From a virus (Duplodnaviria; Caudoviricetes), in IMG/VR virus record IMGVR_UViG_3300031994_000067, positions 15,082 to 79,081 of that record: a stretch of DNA of 64,000 nucleotides; one strand, given 5' to 3'. Every line of letters begins with the position of its first letter. The stretch's first letter is position 1. A program made the translations under genes and the position numbers. Below the pieces are notes generated by a model, which made no database searches, had not been told where the DNA came from, and saw nothing but the letters and a program-made list of their open reading frames with translations. Shown in pieces: positions 28,421 through 38,768 of this stretch.

Positions 28421-29980
28421 ATGGCTCGCATGATTAAAAATGTTAAGTCAATGACCCTTGGTGTAGATCTGGTGACAGTGTTCGAAAACGACACTAAAAC
28501 AATCAGACCTTTCAAAATTGGAGATGTAGTGGAGAATCTTCGCTATGTTGATAATGGAGAAATTGTCATTGTGTCTGGTCGAATAACTGATCTCACTTAT
28601 ACCATGGCTACAAAACTCGCATGGAATAAGAAGACTCCGACCGATTCTCTCGCAAAAGACATGACGTTGGTTAACATCACTATCGATGCTTCTTCGGAAT
28701 ACAATTCAAAAATTGTTACTATTCCGCTCAAAGAAGTTGTCGAGTTTGAAGAAGAGACTGGCGTCGCTCGCATGAAATTTGTTCCGTTCATCACATACGA
28801 TATGGAACTTCATTATTCCGATTATCGAGTCGAAAGAGTTAGTGTTCAAAGCGGCGATAAATTTGATAACGTTCGCATTATCAACCCCGCAAATGTTGGT
28901 GTCGACTTCACCGGGAAATATCAAGTTATTGGATTCGCATATAATGTCGTTGGTGGTGTCATTAACGTCACTGGTATCGCATTCCATAATCTTGAAACTG
29001 ATGAAAATTTGGTTACTGATTTTGAGTATATCCTTGCTCTTAATGAGGTATATATCTACCAAATTAACAGTCCGGAAGCTATTGCTGAAGTTATCGGAAA
29101 TCTTTCAGAAGGCGATACTATTGAAATCAGTAACGTCGTCGATACTACTGGCAACGCGATCGTCATCAACAAACCTAACATCGAAATTGCTATGAATGAT
29201 GCTATTACTACTGATGGCTCTAGCACATCGGGCATCCGTGTTACTAACGGTAGTCTTACACTCACCGGCAACGCTCAAGTTGTTAACAACACGGCATACG
29301 ATAAGAATCATGGCAGCGGTGTCATTGGTGTCAAAGCTGGTGGCGAAATCATATTCAACGGCAGCGGTGTTTCTGCTGTTATTGAAGATGATCCTGTTAA
29401 CAAAGGTCAATTCGGTGTATGTGTCCATGACAATGGTAAAGTCACTGTTAATGACGGTATATTCGAGACTGGTTGGTATTGCATCTCTGGTAATGGTTCA
29501 ACCACTAACGCAGATTCTGTTATCAAAATCAATGGTGGTGAATTCGTATCTGTTGCAGATTATGCGATTTATCACCCGCATCCTGGTAAACTCATCATCA
29601 ATGGTGGTTCCTTCTCGGGTGCTGCAGGTGCGATTGCTGCTAACAACGGTATTATCGAGATCAACGGCGGTGAATTCTCAGTTCTTGGTGGTGGTAACAC
29701 TGGAAACTGGAGCGATGGAACCAGTGGTCTGCAAGATGTAGCTGTTAACCTCAACGCTAGGTATGGAGACATCACTTGCCGTATTACTGGCGGTATTTTC
29801 AATGCGACTGCGGCTGGTACTATCTTGATTCAAACCGGTACGGCTCATAACGTCGATATTAAGATTTCCGGTGGTAAATTCTCTTCCAAACCCAACGTTG
29901 AATGGATTGCGGAAGGATATTCAGTTTCAAACGAAGCAGATAGCGAAGGATATTACACCGTTACTAAGAACGAAGCGTGA
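28421..29980 (+). CDS. Putative virion fibre/adhesin with a C-terminal parallel beta-helix
   Basis: Repeated INGG.F / I.GG.F strands rich in G, N, T and V; GACA-N6-TA at 28382-28393. Confidence 0.65.
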   Translation: MARMIKNVKSMTLGVDLVTVFENDTKTIRPFKIGDVVENLRYVDNGEIVIVSGRITDLTYTMATKLAWNKKTPTDSLAKDMTLVNITIDASSEYNSKIVTIPLKEVVEFEEETGVARMKFVPFITYDMELHYSDYRVERVSVQSGDKFDNVRIINPANVGVDFTGKYQVIGFAYNVVGGVINVTGIAFHNLETDENLVTDFEYILALNEVYIYQINSPEAIAEVIGNLSEGDTIEISNVVDTTGNAIVINKPNIEIAMNDAITTDGSSTSGIRVTNGSLTLTGNAQVVNNTAYDKNHGSGVIGVKAGGEIIFNGSGVSAVIEDDPVNKGQFGVCVHDNGKVTVNDGIFETGWYCISGNGSTTNADSVIKINGGEFVSVADYAIYHPHPGKLIINGGSFSGAAGAIAANNGIIEINGGEFSVLGGGNTGNWSDGTSGLQDVAVNLNARYGDITCRITGGIFNATAAGTILIQTGTAHNVDIKISGGKFSSKPNVEWIAEGYSVSNEADSEGYYTVTKNEA

Positions 29981-30088
29981 GCTTATAAACTGACGAAAAA
30001 CAGGAGATTCCTAATATAGGGAATCTCCTTTAGTGCGTTTAAAATTTTTTAAACTGACATTACATAAGGGGAAGGAAGTGTTTACCAA

Positions 30089-30628
30089 ATGAGTATAGAA
30101 TACGGAATGACATTACTTACTATAATCGGAATATTCGGTGGAATGATCTATTGTGGAAAAAATATATTCAATAGACTTCTTGAACACCACAAAGAAATCA
30201 CCAAGATAAAGTCTGAGGCTATAAAAAATGCGATGATTAATTCCGCCGATGTTATTTCAAGCGGTATTCTGGATGCTACGTCTGGAATAGTAAATACATT
30301 CGGCAAAGATTACATTCTTGCCACAAAGGTCATGAATACTTCATTAAACGACCACATGAATGCGTTGAATCAACTCATATCGACCGAATTCTATAATGCA
30401 ATTTTGCTTCCAAGAGCAGGAACGGTAAATAAACCACCGATTGAAGATGTTAAAGCCAGTACAGATATGATTGCGAATCGAATTCTTTCTGGATTGGAAC
30501 CGGAATTCTTTAATATATTCAAGGCACATGGAATATCTGAAGAATTTATCATGGGTTACATAACCCGCGAGTTATTTGCCAAACTTATTGAATTCACAAG
30601 AACCAACAGAAAAAAGGAAACGATATAA
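30089..30628 (+). CDS. Membrane-anchored hypothetical protein
   Basis: N-terminal hydrophobic helix followed by a helical soluble region. Confidence 0.55.
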   Translation: MSIEYGMTLLTIIGIFGGMIYCGKNIFNRLLEHHKEITKIKSEAIKNAMINSADVISSGILDATSGIVNTFGKDYILATKVMNTSLNDHMNALNQLISTEFYNAILLPRAGTVNKPPIEDVKASTDMIANRILSGLEPEFFNIFKAHGISEEFIMGYITRELFAKLIEFTRTNRKKETI

Positions 30629-30639
30629 AGCCGAGTTTA

Positions 30640-30664
30640 GGGTGACGAGGAAAACTCGTCACCC
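30640..30664. terminator. Bidirectional terminator hairpin
   Basis: GGGTGACGAG-GAAAA-CTCGTCACCC between convergent genes. Confidence 0.75.
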
Positions 30665-30666
30665 GT

Positions 30667-31443
30667 TTAAACCAAAATTTGATACATCGGAATTATGTAA
30701 TGCGTATAGTTGTATGATATATCGAGATACTTCAAATCGAGATTGAAGTCTGTATAACCCAAAGTGTTTTCCATTATTGCTATTCGAGCTATTGGTCTAA
30801 AGAGAGATTGATTATTCAATTCTCTATAATATCCTGATTCAAGTTTCTTATTTCGATAAGCAACAGCAACTTCTTTGATAAACTCAAGTTGTTTAGATGT
30901 ATTGGATAGTCTCAGAAGATTAACATACTCGGTTATCAAGTCAAGCATATAATCTCGATGTAATGGCAGTAATTCGTCTTTGATTCCTTTGCACGCCAAT
31001 TCATCTTCTCCAATATAGAATTCGCAGTCATTCAGATAGATATAAGAATGAAACGTGTGCTTTGGAACAAACTCAATGTATTTACCAAACCGAAGATGTT
31101 CATAACGTTTACCAATAATGAAAATTGCGTCTTTCTTAATAGAGAGGATGTCATCATCAGTAACGTTGTTATATCTGAAAAAAGCTTCTCTACATTTTGC
31201 AAACCCTTCTTTGAGTTTTTCGGAGAGAGTTTTATCTTCCCGCTGAAGTTTTCCTATTGCAACATGTCGTTCTTTCTTATCAAGTTCTTCCAATTCGCGT
31301 ATTTTTTCTTCAGGCAATAAACCGAATTGTTTACAGATATTAAATCCTGCCGATCTTATATCGTATTCAATAACTCCTTCACCTGCGATATATTGAATCG
31401 CTTTATTGGTATAAAGAGTCCGTTCATGGAGTATTGATGACAT
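30667..31443 (-). CDS. Small divergent DNA-polymerase-palm-like protein
   Basis: IEYDIRSAG (motif A-like) and LSIKKDAIF (motif C-like) within only 258 aa. Confidence 0.5.
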   Translation of the reverse strand: MSSILHERTLYTNKAIQYIAGEGVIEYDIRSAGFNICKQFGLLPEEKIRELEELDKKERHVAIGKLQREDKTLSEKLKEGFAKCREAFFRYNNVTDDDILSIKKDAIFIIGKRYEHLRFGKYIEFVPKHTFHSYIYLNDCEFYIGEDELACKGIKDELLPLHRDYMLDLITEYVNLLRLSNTSKQLEFIKEVAVAYRNKKLESGYYRELNNQSLFRPIARIAIMENTLGYTDFNLDLKYLDISYNYTHYIIPMYQILV

Positions 31444-31771
31444 TATCGTACCACTTCTTTCCCCATTTCCATAACCACTTCTTAAATTTCATCAAATCAT
31501 ATACGGCGAATTTAATCATGTACACTATTATACATATTCCCATTAACAGCCAAAGTATTGTGAGAGCTTTATCTTGATGAGAAAATACTGCCACACCTTT
31601 AAACACAGCAAAACCTATTGCTATTACAGCAACCAGAGGAACCGAAAAGTATGCTAATCCAACAATCACAGGAACCAGTAATTTTGCCAATATAAACGGG
31701 ATATATACTACAACCGCTATACCACCGAATATATAACCTAGAATTTTCTTCATTTTTTCCATACGATTCAT
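31424..31771 (-). CDS. Small membrane protein
   Basis: Three hydrophobic segments in 115 aa. Confidence 0.55.
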   Translation of the reverse strand: MNRMEKMKKILGYIFGGIAVVVYIPFILAKLLVPVIVGLAYFSVPLVAVIAIGFAVFKGVAVFSHQDKALTILWLLMGICIIVYMIKFAVYDLMKFKKWLWKWGKKWYDNVINTP

Positions 31772-31834
31772 CTCCCTTATTTAACGTCGTCAAACAGGTA
31801 GAAGCCTACAGCAGCTTCTACCTGTATTTTGCGT

Positions 31835-32257
31835 TCAAATAATCTTAGGGTCGGGATACATCTGAACTACTATCCCATCCGTCGCAATTTGTCTCGCAGT
31901 CAATCCCACCGATTTAATCTCTCCACCATTATCACGGAACGTAAAGGAAATCATCGAACGAGTACATTTCACAATTATTCCGTGAATGATATTGATAGAA
32001 TCAGGTTTCTTATGATAAGCAAAAATCACTCTGCCGGGTTCAAATACTTCCGGATTCACAATGCGAAATTCATAAGGTTGCATTGACCTCGGAATATCGT
32101 TTTTAGCAACAATCATAGGTTGAGGATAATTGTATTTATCAGTTACCGTGCAATGGAAATGATCTTTATCACATTCGTACATCAGACGGTAAATCTTTCC
32201 GTTCATCTTAAACGCGTCATTTGTATTCAAGAATCGCTCAATCTGCAAATCGATCAT
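31835..32257 (-). CDS. Hypothetical protein
   Basis: 140-aa ORF with AGGAGG RBS and CACA-N6-TA at 32274-32285. Confidence 0.65.
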   Translation of the reverse strand: MIDLQIERFLNTNDAFKMNGKIYRLMYECDKDHFHCTVTDKYNYPQPMIVAKNDIPRSMQPYEFRIVNPEVFEPGRVIFAYHKKPDSINIIHGIIVKCTRSMISFTFRDNGGEIKSVGLTARQIATDGIVVQMYPDPKII

Positions 32258-32328
32258 TTTACATTCCTCCTTTTATAAAACTGTGAGAAAAAACAAGCTG
32301 GAGACAAACTCTCCAGCTCAACGGATAT

Positions 32329-32835
32329 TTATCCGAGTATTTCAATCGACTCATCGAATTTATTCATCATTTGCGCCACGTGTTTATCAAATTTCTCCCG
32401 AGTCTCTTTGTCGAACTTCTTATTCTTGCCCGCGTAGTTTTTGTATTTCACCACATATTTTTTCGGGATTTCGAGATTCTCGATAATGAAATGACGCAAG
32501 AATTTCGGATACAACATCTCGCTCTCCATCTTGGAATAGCACATGAATGTCACTTCCGAATCGATTCCGTCTGACGCAATTATCTCAAGGTTGAGAAAAT
32601 GGCAGATGCGCGGCGACGAAAGAAAGCGATAATAATTCTCGCGGTATTTTTGTTTGTCGCCAGTGTTGCAATAACAGGTAAACGCACTAACCGGCGGAAG
32701 CAACCATGAACCGTCGGCCATTCCGGGAACTTCCAGAAGGTCGCTTGAAATCGCGAGATACTTGGCGTTCTCTTGGTATTGTTTCATGCATTCCTCGAGT
32801 TCGCCAGATTCAACGAAAACCAGCAAATTAACCAA
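32329..32835 (-). CDS. Hypothetical protein
   Basis: 168-aa ORF in a tightly packed operon. Confidence 0.6.
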   Translation of the reverse strand: MVNLLVFVESGELEECMKQYQENAKYLAISSDLLEVPGMADGSWLLPPVSAFTCYCNTGDKQKYRENYYRFLSSPRICHFLNLEIIASDGIDSEVTFMCYSKMESEMLYPKFLRHFIIENLEIPKKYVVKYKNYAGKNKKFDKETREKFDKHVAQMMNKFDESIEILG

Positions 32836-33658
32836 CCTCCTTAGATTTATTGATTTTCAACATCGGAACTGAGTCTTTTTCAGATTCCGCGACCCAGTCA
32901 TAACCCGCCTCGAAACTCACTTCGACCTGTTCTTTCTTTTCAAACATTCTCGATCTCGTTTCGTCATCGGTTTCCATTAACGTTTTGATATCGTGAATTC
33001 TGAACACTCGGCCGCAATGAGAACACAGCATTTGATCATAATCGGAATCGTATCCTATCGAGTGCTGACAATATGTGCAGCGCAACAGGTTCTCATCTCT
33101 TAAGAAGACATAACCGTAGTCGATGAAACGCAGTTCGTGTTTGTCATCCCAACCCCAGTTTCGAAAGTTCTTATCGATGCAACCGAGATCGGCGAAGAGA
33201 TATTTCCTCGACATCCACTTGAGAATCTCACGAATCTTTTCTTTGTTGGCATGGAACTCAACCTTCGACATGACGTTTACGTACTGCGCCACTGCGATGA
33301 GACCGTTCGTTTCGTAAGTCTTTGTCGCCCCGTAGTCGAGAAGCTGTTTGCTCATCTTGAATTCCGTCTCGTTATCGTCAAACCCATAATGGTCGAGTGA
33401 AAACTTGAAGACGTAATTATCCTTGAGCATCGCGTAACGATTTGTACCAGCACCAAGCTCCATAAATCCGCGAGGAATCAGCATGTAATTGATGTGGTCA
33501 ACTTTCTCGTTATTATCGGCGAAACGATTCGACAGACAAATCTCGTACAAGATTTCCAAATCGTGAACGGTGAAATTTTCTTTGATTCGACTGCGGAGTT
33601 TTCGAGGTTGAATTCGGTCATCCGAGTCAAATACCAATGAACGGAGTTGCATAGACAT
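32828..33658 (-). CDS. Protein-kinase-fold protein with a C-terminal Zn ribbon
   Basis: LGAGTNR (Gly loop), VFKF (Lys), N..E (helix C), DLG....N (catalytic loop), IDYG, then CxxC...CxxC. Confidence 0.65.
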   Translation of the reverse strand: MSMQLRSLVFDSDDRIQPRKLRSRIKENFTVHDLEILYEICLSNRFADNNEKVDHINYMLIPRGFMELGAGTNRYAMLKDNYVFKFSLDHYGFDDNETEFKMSKQLLDYGATKTYETNGLIAVAQYVNVMSKVEFHANKEKIREILKWMSRKYLFADLGCIDKNFRNWGWDDKHELRFIDYGYVFLRDENLLRCTYCQHSIGYDSDYDQMLCSHCGRVFRIHDIKTLMETDDETRSRMFEKKEQVEVSFEAGYDWVAESEKDSVPMLKINKSKEVG

Positions 33659-33664
33659 CCCTCC

Positions 33665-34696
33665 TTATGAGTCCATACCTGAATAGCGTTTTGCTGCGGT
33701 GAAAGTTTGCATTTCTCTCTGCCATGCGCCGAATGAAGTTCCGAAATCAGACGAGCCACTACTTCCGGAATGTTTGTCGAGAAAAGCATCAAATTCGTCC
33801 TGCTCTTCCTTCTTCTTTTTGTCTTTCTTTTTCGGTTTCTTGTCAGAACGAACCATCTTCCTCAACTTCTTCGAATCGATAGTCTGAGTTACCGCTCCGA
33901 TATCAAATCCGGCTGCTTCGAATCCTTTCGCAACTTCAATCGAGTTGAAGTCGTCGTACGGTATCAAGATTCCCCTGTAGAACCTCATACCTTCGTGTTC
34001 TTCCGGAATTAAACCGTTACATTCGTCTTCGTACTGTTGCACGATCTTTCCAAATGATAACGGCTGTCTCGCTTTTTCAAGAGCCTTTTTGCGACGTTTT
34101 GTTTCCTTTGCCAGACTGCGCGATTTCTTTCCTTTCTTCTTGCCTTCAAATTCACGAGCCTGTTCTTCGCTATAAGCTTCAAGAATTTCAAGTTCTCTCG
34201 CGATTGTATTGGCGTCATCTATCGCTTTGGATATTTCTTCTTCCTGCACAGACACCGGCAAATAAATCAAATGTCCTTCACGAACTTCCATACCATCACC
34301 GAAATCGACGGACGCGTCGCTCACACGCTGCATAAACTCGTCGGAAAGCTCGTAATCTTGTTTGTCTTGGTTGCATTTGCTGATATAGCAACCATAGCGA
34401 GCTTGCAAGAGATTCTGTTCGGTCTTACGGAATTTCGGCATCGGAGGTATAAATTCTGTGATTGCTCCCATATCATACAACCACAAGAAATTTTCCTTTC
34501 CGTACTTTTCCGCTAATTCCTCCAGATACTCTGTAATAACGCTGACTGCGTCGAGATAATCATTGTAGTTCCGATATTTGCGACGGATTTTACGAATCGC
34601 TTCATTCGCTTTACCGTACAGCACATCATCGGGTTTGTGATAATCGTCGTCGAAGTCGTTGATTTTCGGCTCGAATTTTCCATAATCTTCTTCCAT
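33665..34696 (-). CDS. Hypothetical protein
   Basis: 343-aa ORF with GAGGTGG RBS and TATATATTAT at 34734-34743. Confidence 0.7.
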   Translation of the reverse strand: MEEDYGKFEPKINDFDDDYHKPDDVLYGKANEAIRKIRRKYRNYNDYLDAVSVITEYLEELAEKYGKENFLWLYDMGAITEFIPPMPKFRKTEQNLLQARYGCYISKCNQDKQDYELSDEFMQRVSDASVDFGDGMEVREGHLIYLPVSVQEEEISKAIDDANTIARELEILEAYSEEQAREFEGKKKGKKSRSLAKETKRRKKALEKARQPLSFGKIVQQYEDECNGLIPEEHEGMRFYRGILIPYDDFNSIEVAKGFEAAGFDIGAVTQTIDSKKLRKMVRSDKKPKKKDKKKKEEQDEFDAFLDKHSGSSGSSDFGTSFGAWQREMQTFTAAKRYSGMDS

Positions 34697-34731
34697 GAGC
34701 CAAAACCACCTCTATTCTTGTTTGATTACCC

Positions 34732-35727
34732 TTATAATATATACTCGAAACCATGTATAAGATTTATGAACAGTGTAAGCCAAGAATCCGGTTTGAATTT
34801 TTCCACATTGAAAGTTTCCGATGTGAAAATTGGTATCTTCTTGTTAAAACGATTCCGAATATCAACTGTATCAGGAACCGGTTTAACTGAATACAATAAG
34901 AGCTCTTTTCCTTCTTCAAGTTTTGCGTCAAACAATGCTTTCGAATCAATCTGGAAAGGATAACATCTTCCAATATGGTAATAAGAAATAGATGTCTCCT
35001 CAGATTTTGCAATGGTATCGAATGTGATGTATCCGAGCTTATTACCGGCTTCTTTAAGACATTCTTTGTACGGGAAGTTATCTGGAGTATATTTGATCGC
35101 ATTCGGATTAACCCCGAGTTCTTCAACCGATTCTCTAAATGCCGTATTGACACATTGATTATCTAACCAAGAAACTTGATTAGTCCCTTCGTAACGAACA
35201 TGACCACCTATCATCGTAGCATGACCAGCAAGGTCAGAACGACTTTCTCGTACGAAAACAAATATCGGCGGAGAATTAGGTTCAAGTATATAAGGAACTG
35301 CCATTGCAACAAGCTGGATATATTCTGGATTATATTCGATTTCAGCTCTCTGTCGATACAGGAGATTAGATTGTTTCGCGTCATCTCTCTTAAAACAAGC
35401 GATGAACTCATTCTTATCATTTCCGTAATAACGAAGAGCAATAATCTTTTTAGCCCACTCGAACGCTTCTGAATCTTGCGGGAAATGAGTAAATGCAAAA
35501 AGAATGAATTCAGATTCTGAATCTACAATGCTACGCGATTCAACAACCATATGCAAATCACCGAGCATCGCTTGCACAAAAGATTCGTAATCGATTTTAT
35601 TAGGTAAATCGTGAAACATTACGTTCCAGTAATCATTATAAAGCTTTTCAGTATCTTTCCATCTCATATAAACTCCTCCAATGATGTAAAAAAGAGCCGG
35701 CGAACAAATGAGATTCGCCAGCCCCAA
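34732..35727 (-). CDS. Nudix hydrolase domain protein
   Basis: GGHV...AFRESVEELG Nudix box with an insertion. True start is probably the internal MRWKD ATG. Confidence 0.65.
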   Translation of the reverse strand: MGLANLICSPALFYIIGGVYMRWKDTEKLYNDYWNVMFHDLPNKIDYESFVQAMLGDLHMVVESRSIVDSESEFILFAFTHFPQDSEAFEWAKKIIALRYYGNDKNEFIACFKRDDAKQSNLLYRQRAEIEYNPEYIQLVAMAVPYILEPNSPPIFVFVRESRSDLAGHATMIGGHVRYEGTNQVSWLDNQCVNTAFRESVEELGVNPNAIKYTPDNFPYKECLKEAGNKLGYITFDTIAKSEETSISYYHIGRCYPFQIDSKALFDAKLEEGKELLLYSVKPVPDTVDIRNRFNKKIPIFTSETFNVEKFKPDSWLTLFINLIHGFEYIL

Positions 35728-35739
35728 GTTGGATCCTGT

Positions 35740-36696
35740 TTATCTTTCTTTAATACGGAGCCGATAACACTCCTCTATCTCATCTTCTGTCACTCTGCAG
35801 AGAATCGTAACGGATTTTTCGCTGTTGTTGAGTTCTTCGAAGCCTTCCCCGATTAATCGCTGAATTTCCGCATTGTAAACTTCGACCGCTTCCTGTTCAT
35901 CTCGAGTTTCTAAGAGAACGGTCGTCGGACCAACGCTGACATCATATCCCGGGAACACAGACTCGATGAGAACGCAGTATTCTTTTTCACGTTTGTCCGG
36001 ATCGACATTGATAATGAATTCTTCTGCCGCCCAACCAGCTGTGACATTTCCGACAAAGTTGAAATATCTTGGAAATTCGGTGTTGTCACTGAACTCAGCA
36101 CGTTGTTCTTCCGGAATTTTATTGAGCCAATCTTCTGATTCGTTCATCAAGAAGTCGTGGCAATCCTTCGCACTGTAACCGAGAAGTTTCCCGAGAAGTG
36201 CTTCGCGTATAACCGCGTCGCGCTGAATTTCGTATTGGTTTATCAGCGTTTGAATGACCGGCTCGCGATAGATGAAGAACGAGGTAATCTCTCCTTCATG
36301 CAAAAGTTCGCAGGATTTGAACACTCTGAGTCCGTAGGATTCAACGAAGCGTTTTGCCGTTTCGAAGAAACGTGTGTCGATTGCTTCGAGTGCACAATCG
36401 CGAACGCCGTGCGAAACCAAATAACAATTTTCATTGATGGTGTTCAAATCCGCAATGACGATTGTCATTCTGAAATTCCCGCTGGAATCGACGCTCGGTT
36501 TAATCATGAGCTCGCTGTGGCAGTTGTCGGAAAACGTTTCAAATTCTTCCATGAATTTAGCAACGTCTTTGGTCTCGACCGCAAACGTGACGAAACCGAT
36601 ATTGTCATCGTAATTAAGTGCATCGACGAAAGTCTTTCCGAGAGTTTCCGCGATGTACTTCTTCATTGTGTACTTCATTACTCTTCTTTTCTCCAT
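35740..36696 (-). CDS. Hypothetical protein
   Basis: 318-aa ORF in the operon following RNase H. Confidence 0.65.
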   Translation of the reverse strand: MEKRRVMKYTMKKYIAETLGKTFVDALNYDDNIGFVTFAVETKDVAKFMEEFETFSDNCHSELMIKPSVDSSGNFRMTIVIADLNTINENCYLVSHGVRDCALEAIDTRFFETAKRFVESYGLRVFKSCELLHEGEITSFFIYREPVIQTLINQYEIQRDAVIREALLGKLLGYSAKDCHDFLMNESEDWLNKIPEEQRAEFSDNTEFPRYFNFVGNVTAGWAAEEFIINVDPDKREKEYCVLIESVFPGYDVSVGPTTVLLETRDEQEAVEVYNAEIQRLIGEGFEELNNSEKSVTILCRVTEDEIEECYRLRIKER

Positions 36697-37298
36697 TCGT
36701 TGTCTTTACCCATTTGCGCTCGTCCATGTACAAGCGCGTCGCATTGTTCGTTAAGCACTCGGAACTTAGTGAATAACGTATATGAACATATGTAGTCATT
36801 TCGTTTTTGAAACTTCTTGTATTCTTTCATATACGAATCTCTATTCATATGCGAATGAATCTTCAAGAAAGTTCCACCGTTCCGTAAGCTGTAGAAGAGG
36901 TCGTGCGCCTTACGAATCAAATCGTAGTTCTTGATTGGCGTTCCCTCTTTGGTCATCGGTCGCTTCCCTGTACGCAATTCTTTTTCGCGCCAAGACGAAT
37001 ACCATTTTGTGACGCAGTTGATAACGTACTCGGAATCCGATATGATCAGTACCGAACCGTAATCATCGATACCCTTAGAATGAATTTCCTCTAGACCGTT
37101 AATCAGTCCGGTAAACTCCGCTTTGTTGCTGGTTGACCTTCCCAAATACTCCACATCCGAATTTTTGTAGACGAGTTTCTCTTGGTCGTACACCTCGATT
37201 ATAAATCCGCCTGCACAGATGAAAGTATCTCCAGTCGAAGTCCGGTCGTCTCTCAGCGATGAGCCGTCAGTAGCCATTATACTTACCAAGTTCATCAC
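36678..37298 (-). CDS. rnhA: Ribonuclease HI
   Basis: TDGSS, NKAE, SDSEY, W..W, KN.DL, SH and NE.CD catalytic motifs. Confidence 0.9.
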   Translation of the reverse strand: MMNLVSIMATDGSSLRDDRTSTGDTFICAGGFIIEVYDQEKLVYKNSDVEYLGRSTSNKAEFTGLINGLEEIHSKGIDDYGSVLIISDSEYVINCVTKWYSSWREKELRTGKRPMTKEGTPIKNYDLIRKAHDLFYSLRNGGTFLKIHSHMNRDSYMKEYKKFQKRNDYICSYTLFTKFRVLNEQCDALVHGRAQMGKDNEWRKEE

Positions 37299-37329
37299 CT
37301 CCTTCCTTATTCGACTGTGGAAAGGTCGA

Positions 37330-37608
37330 TTATTCGGCGTAGAAGAAATCGGTCAAGTTGACCTGCGGCTGCGGAGACACGTCCTCGAACGAATCCACAA
37401 CCATGAATCTGTATTCGAATCCTCCCGAATGACCCTTGCCCTTATCGGAAGTCGAGACGCGCCACTGCGTTTCCACGGCGAGAGACTCCGCGTACTTCTG
37501 GAGATGCTTGGTCACGTCTTTGCGCTTTTTGAAGACCCCGAACATTCTGATTTCCGGAACGGAATTCCTCTTGTTGAGATCCTTTGTCGAAACGAATACA
37601 ACTTTCAC
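37330..37608 (-). CDS. Small early-type hypothetical protein
   Basis: GGAGGT RBS and TATATATTAT at 37655-37664. Confidence 0.65.
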   Translation of the reverse strand: MKVVFVSTKDLNKRNSVPEIRMFGVFKKRKDVTKHLQKYAESLAVETQWRVSTSDKGKGHSGGFEYRFMVVDSFEDVSPQPQVNLTDFFYAE

Positions 37609-37753
37609 TGTTATCTACCTCCATAGAGTTTATTATTTGAACGTATCCACGGCAATAATATATAAACAAAAGGCGTGACAAAGTATGGAGCCTTATTGGC
37701 TCCATACCATGCCGTATCTATATATAATCCCAACCATCCAACTGCCCGCGCCG

Positions 37754-38077
37754 TTATATAGCAGTTGGATTGAGTAGGGTTCTATAGATATGGAAGGATA
37801 TTGGCAGACTCACATTCTCTTGGTCTCTGCAACGGATGATGATGTCTGGAGGAACGGGTTGCTTTTTCTTACGTTCCATCGCATTTGTATAAGTGAGGTC
37901 GATTTCTTCACGATGTTTTTCATACAGCAAGAAAACACTATCCTCTTTGTCAAATTGCTTCAGATATTCTATTAACCCATCTGAGTCAAATTCGGCAAGC
38001 TTCATCATCATGACACACTTCCTTCCTTTTGGGTTAAGCGATTCGAAGTTCGTTCGGTATACTATCATAACCCTCAT
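37754..38077 (-). CDS. Hypothetical protein
   Basis: 107-aa ORF with GAGGG RBS. Confidence 0.55.
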   Translation of the reverse strand: MRVMIVYRTNFESLNPKGRKCVMMMKLAEFDSDGLIEYLKQFDKEDSVFLLYEKHREEIDLTYTNAMERKKKQPVPPDIIIRCRDQENVSLPISFHIYRTLLNPTAI

Positions 38078-38708
38078 TAGTTATATAGATGTATTTCTTA
38101 TGAAGTATTGAATTCGATTTGAAATTGAATGTCTTGCTAAGCTCAAGTTTCTTCAATAAGACAGCCTCTAAATCACATTCATTAACTTCACGTTTATACT
38201 CATTATAGAAGTTCATAAATCCTTCATCAAGAAATTGCAATGGAATGAATACCTTACCAACGTGTACTAATTGATGAACCGTGTAAGATAACGGAATCAA
38301 TCCAACCATTCCACGAAAGTGAAGTTGCAATACCTCACTTGATATATCGTATTCATTGATTTCGCGTTCTTCATTCATAAACCTTCTGAGAACCACATTA
38401 ACCACATCAAACAAAGTAAATGGTTCATGGTGAATCTCGAGTTTCAATTTCTTAATCAATTCCCTAGAGAGATTTTCGAATACTGAACAGAAATTCATCT
38501 CGCATATATCAGTGAGATATTTAATGTATTCTTTATACTCATAAGAACCTCTGACCATTTTTTCGATGTACTTGATATACTTGGTTTTGTCTTTATCTGT
38601 GGCGAGCAAAAGGACAGGTCTTTCAAGGCTCTCTTTTGGTAAAAAAATCGTCTCTTCAGGAGCGGTTTCTTTATAGGGTTCAATCAACGGAATTCTCATC
38701 TTTATCAC
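38034..38708 (-). CDS. Hypothetical protein with an ExHH..FTLFD motif (paralog of 26274..26933)
   Basis: LEIHHEPFTLFD and HQLVH motifs; CACA-N6-TA at 38717-38728. Confidence 0.65.
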   Translation of the reverse strand: MIKMRIPLIEPYKETAPEETIFLPKESLERPVLLLATDKDKTKYIKYIEKMVRGSYEYKEYIKYLTDICEMNFCSVFENLSRELIKKLKLEIHHEPFTLFDVVNVVLRRFMNEEREINEYDISSEVLQLHFRGMVGLIPLSYTVHQLVHVGKVFIPLQFLDEGFMNFYNEYKREVNECDLEAVLLKKLELSKTFNFKSNSILHKKYIYITNEGYDSIPNELRIA

Positions 38709-38768
38709 CTCTTTCTTAAAAAAATGTGAAAAGAGACGCTCTTATATTTAAAGAGCGTCTCCATTTAT

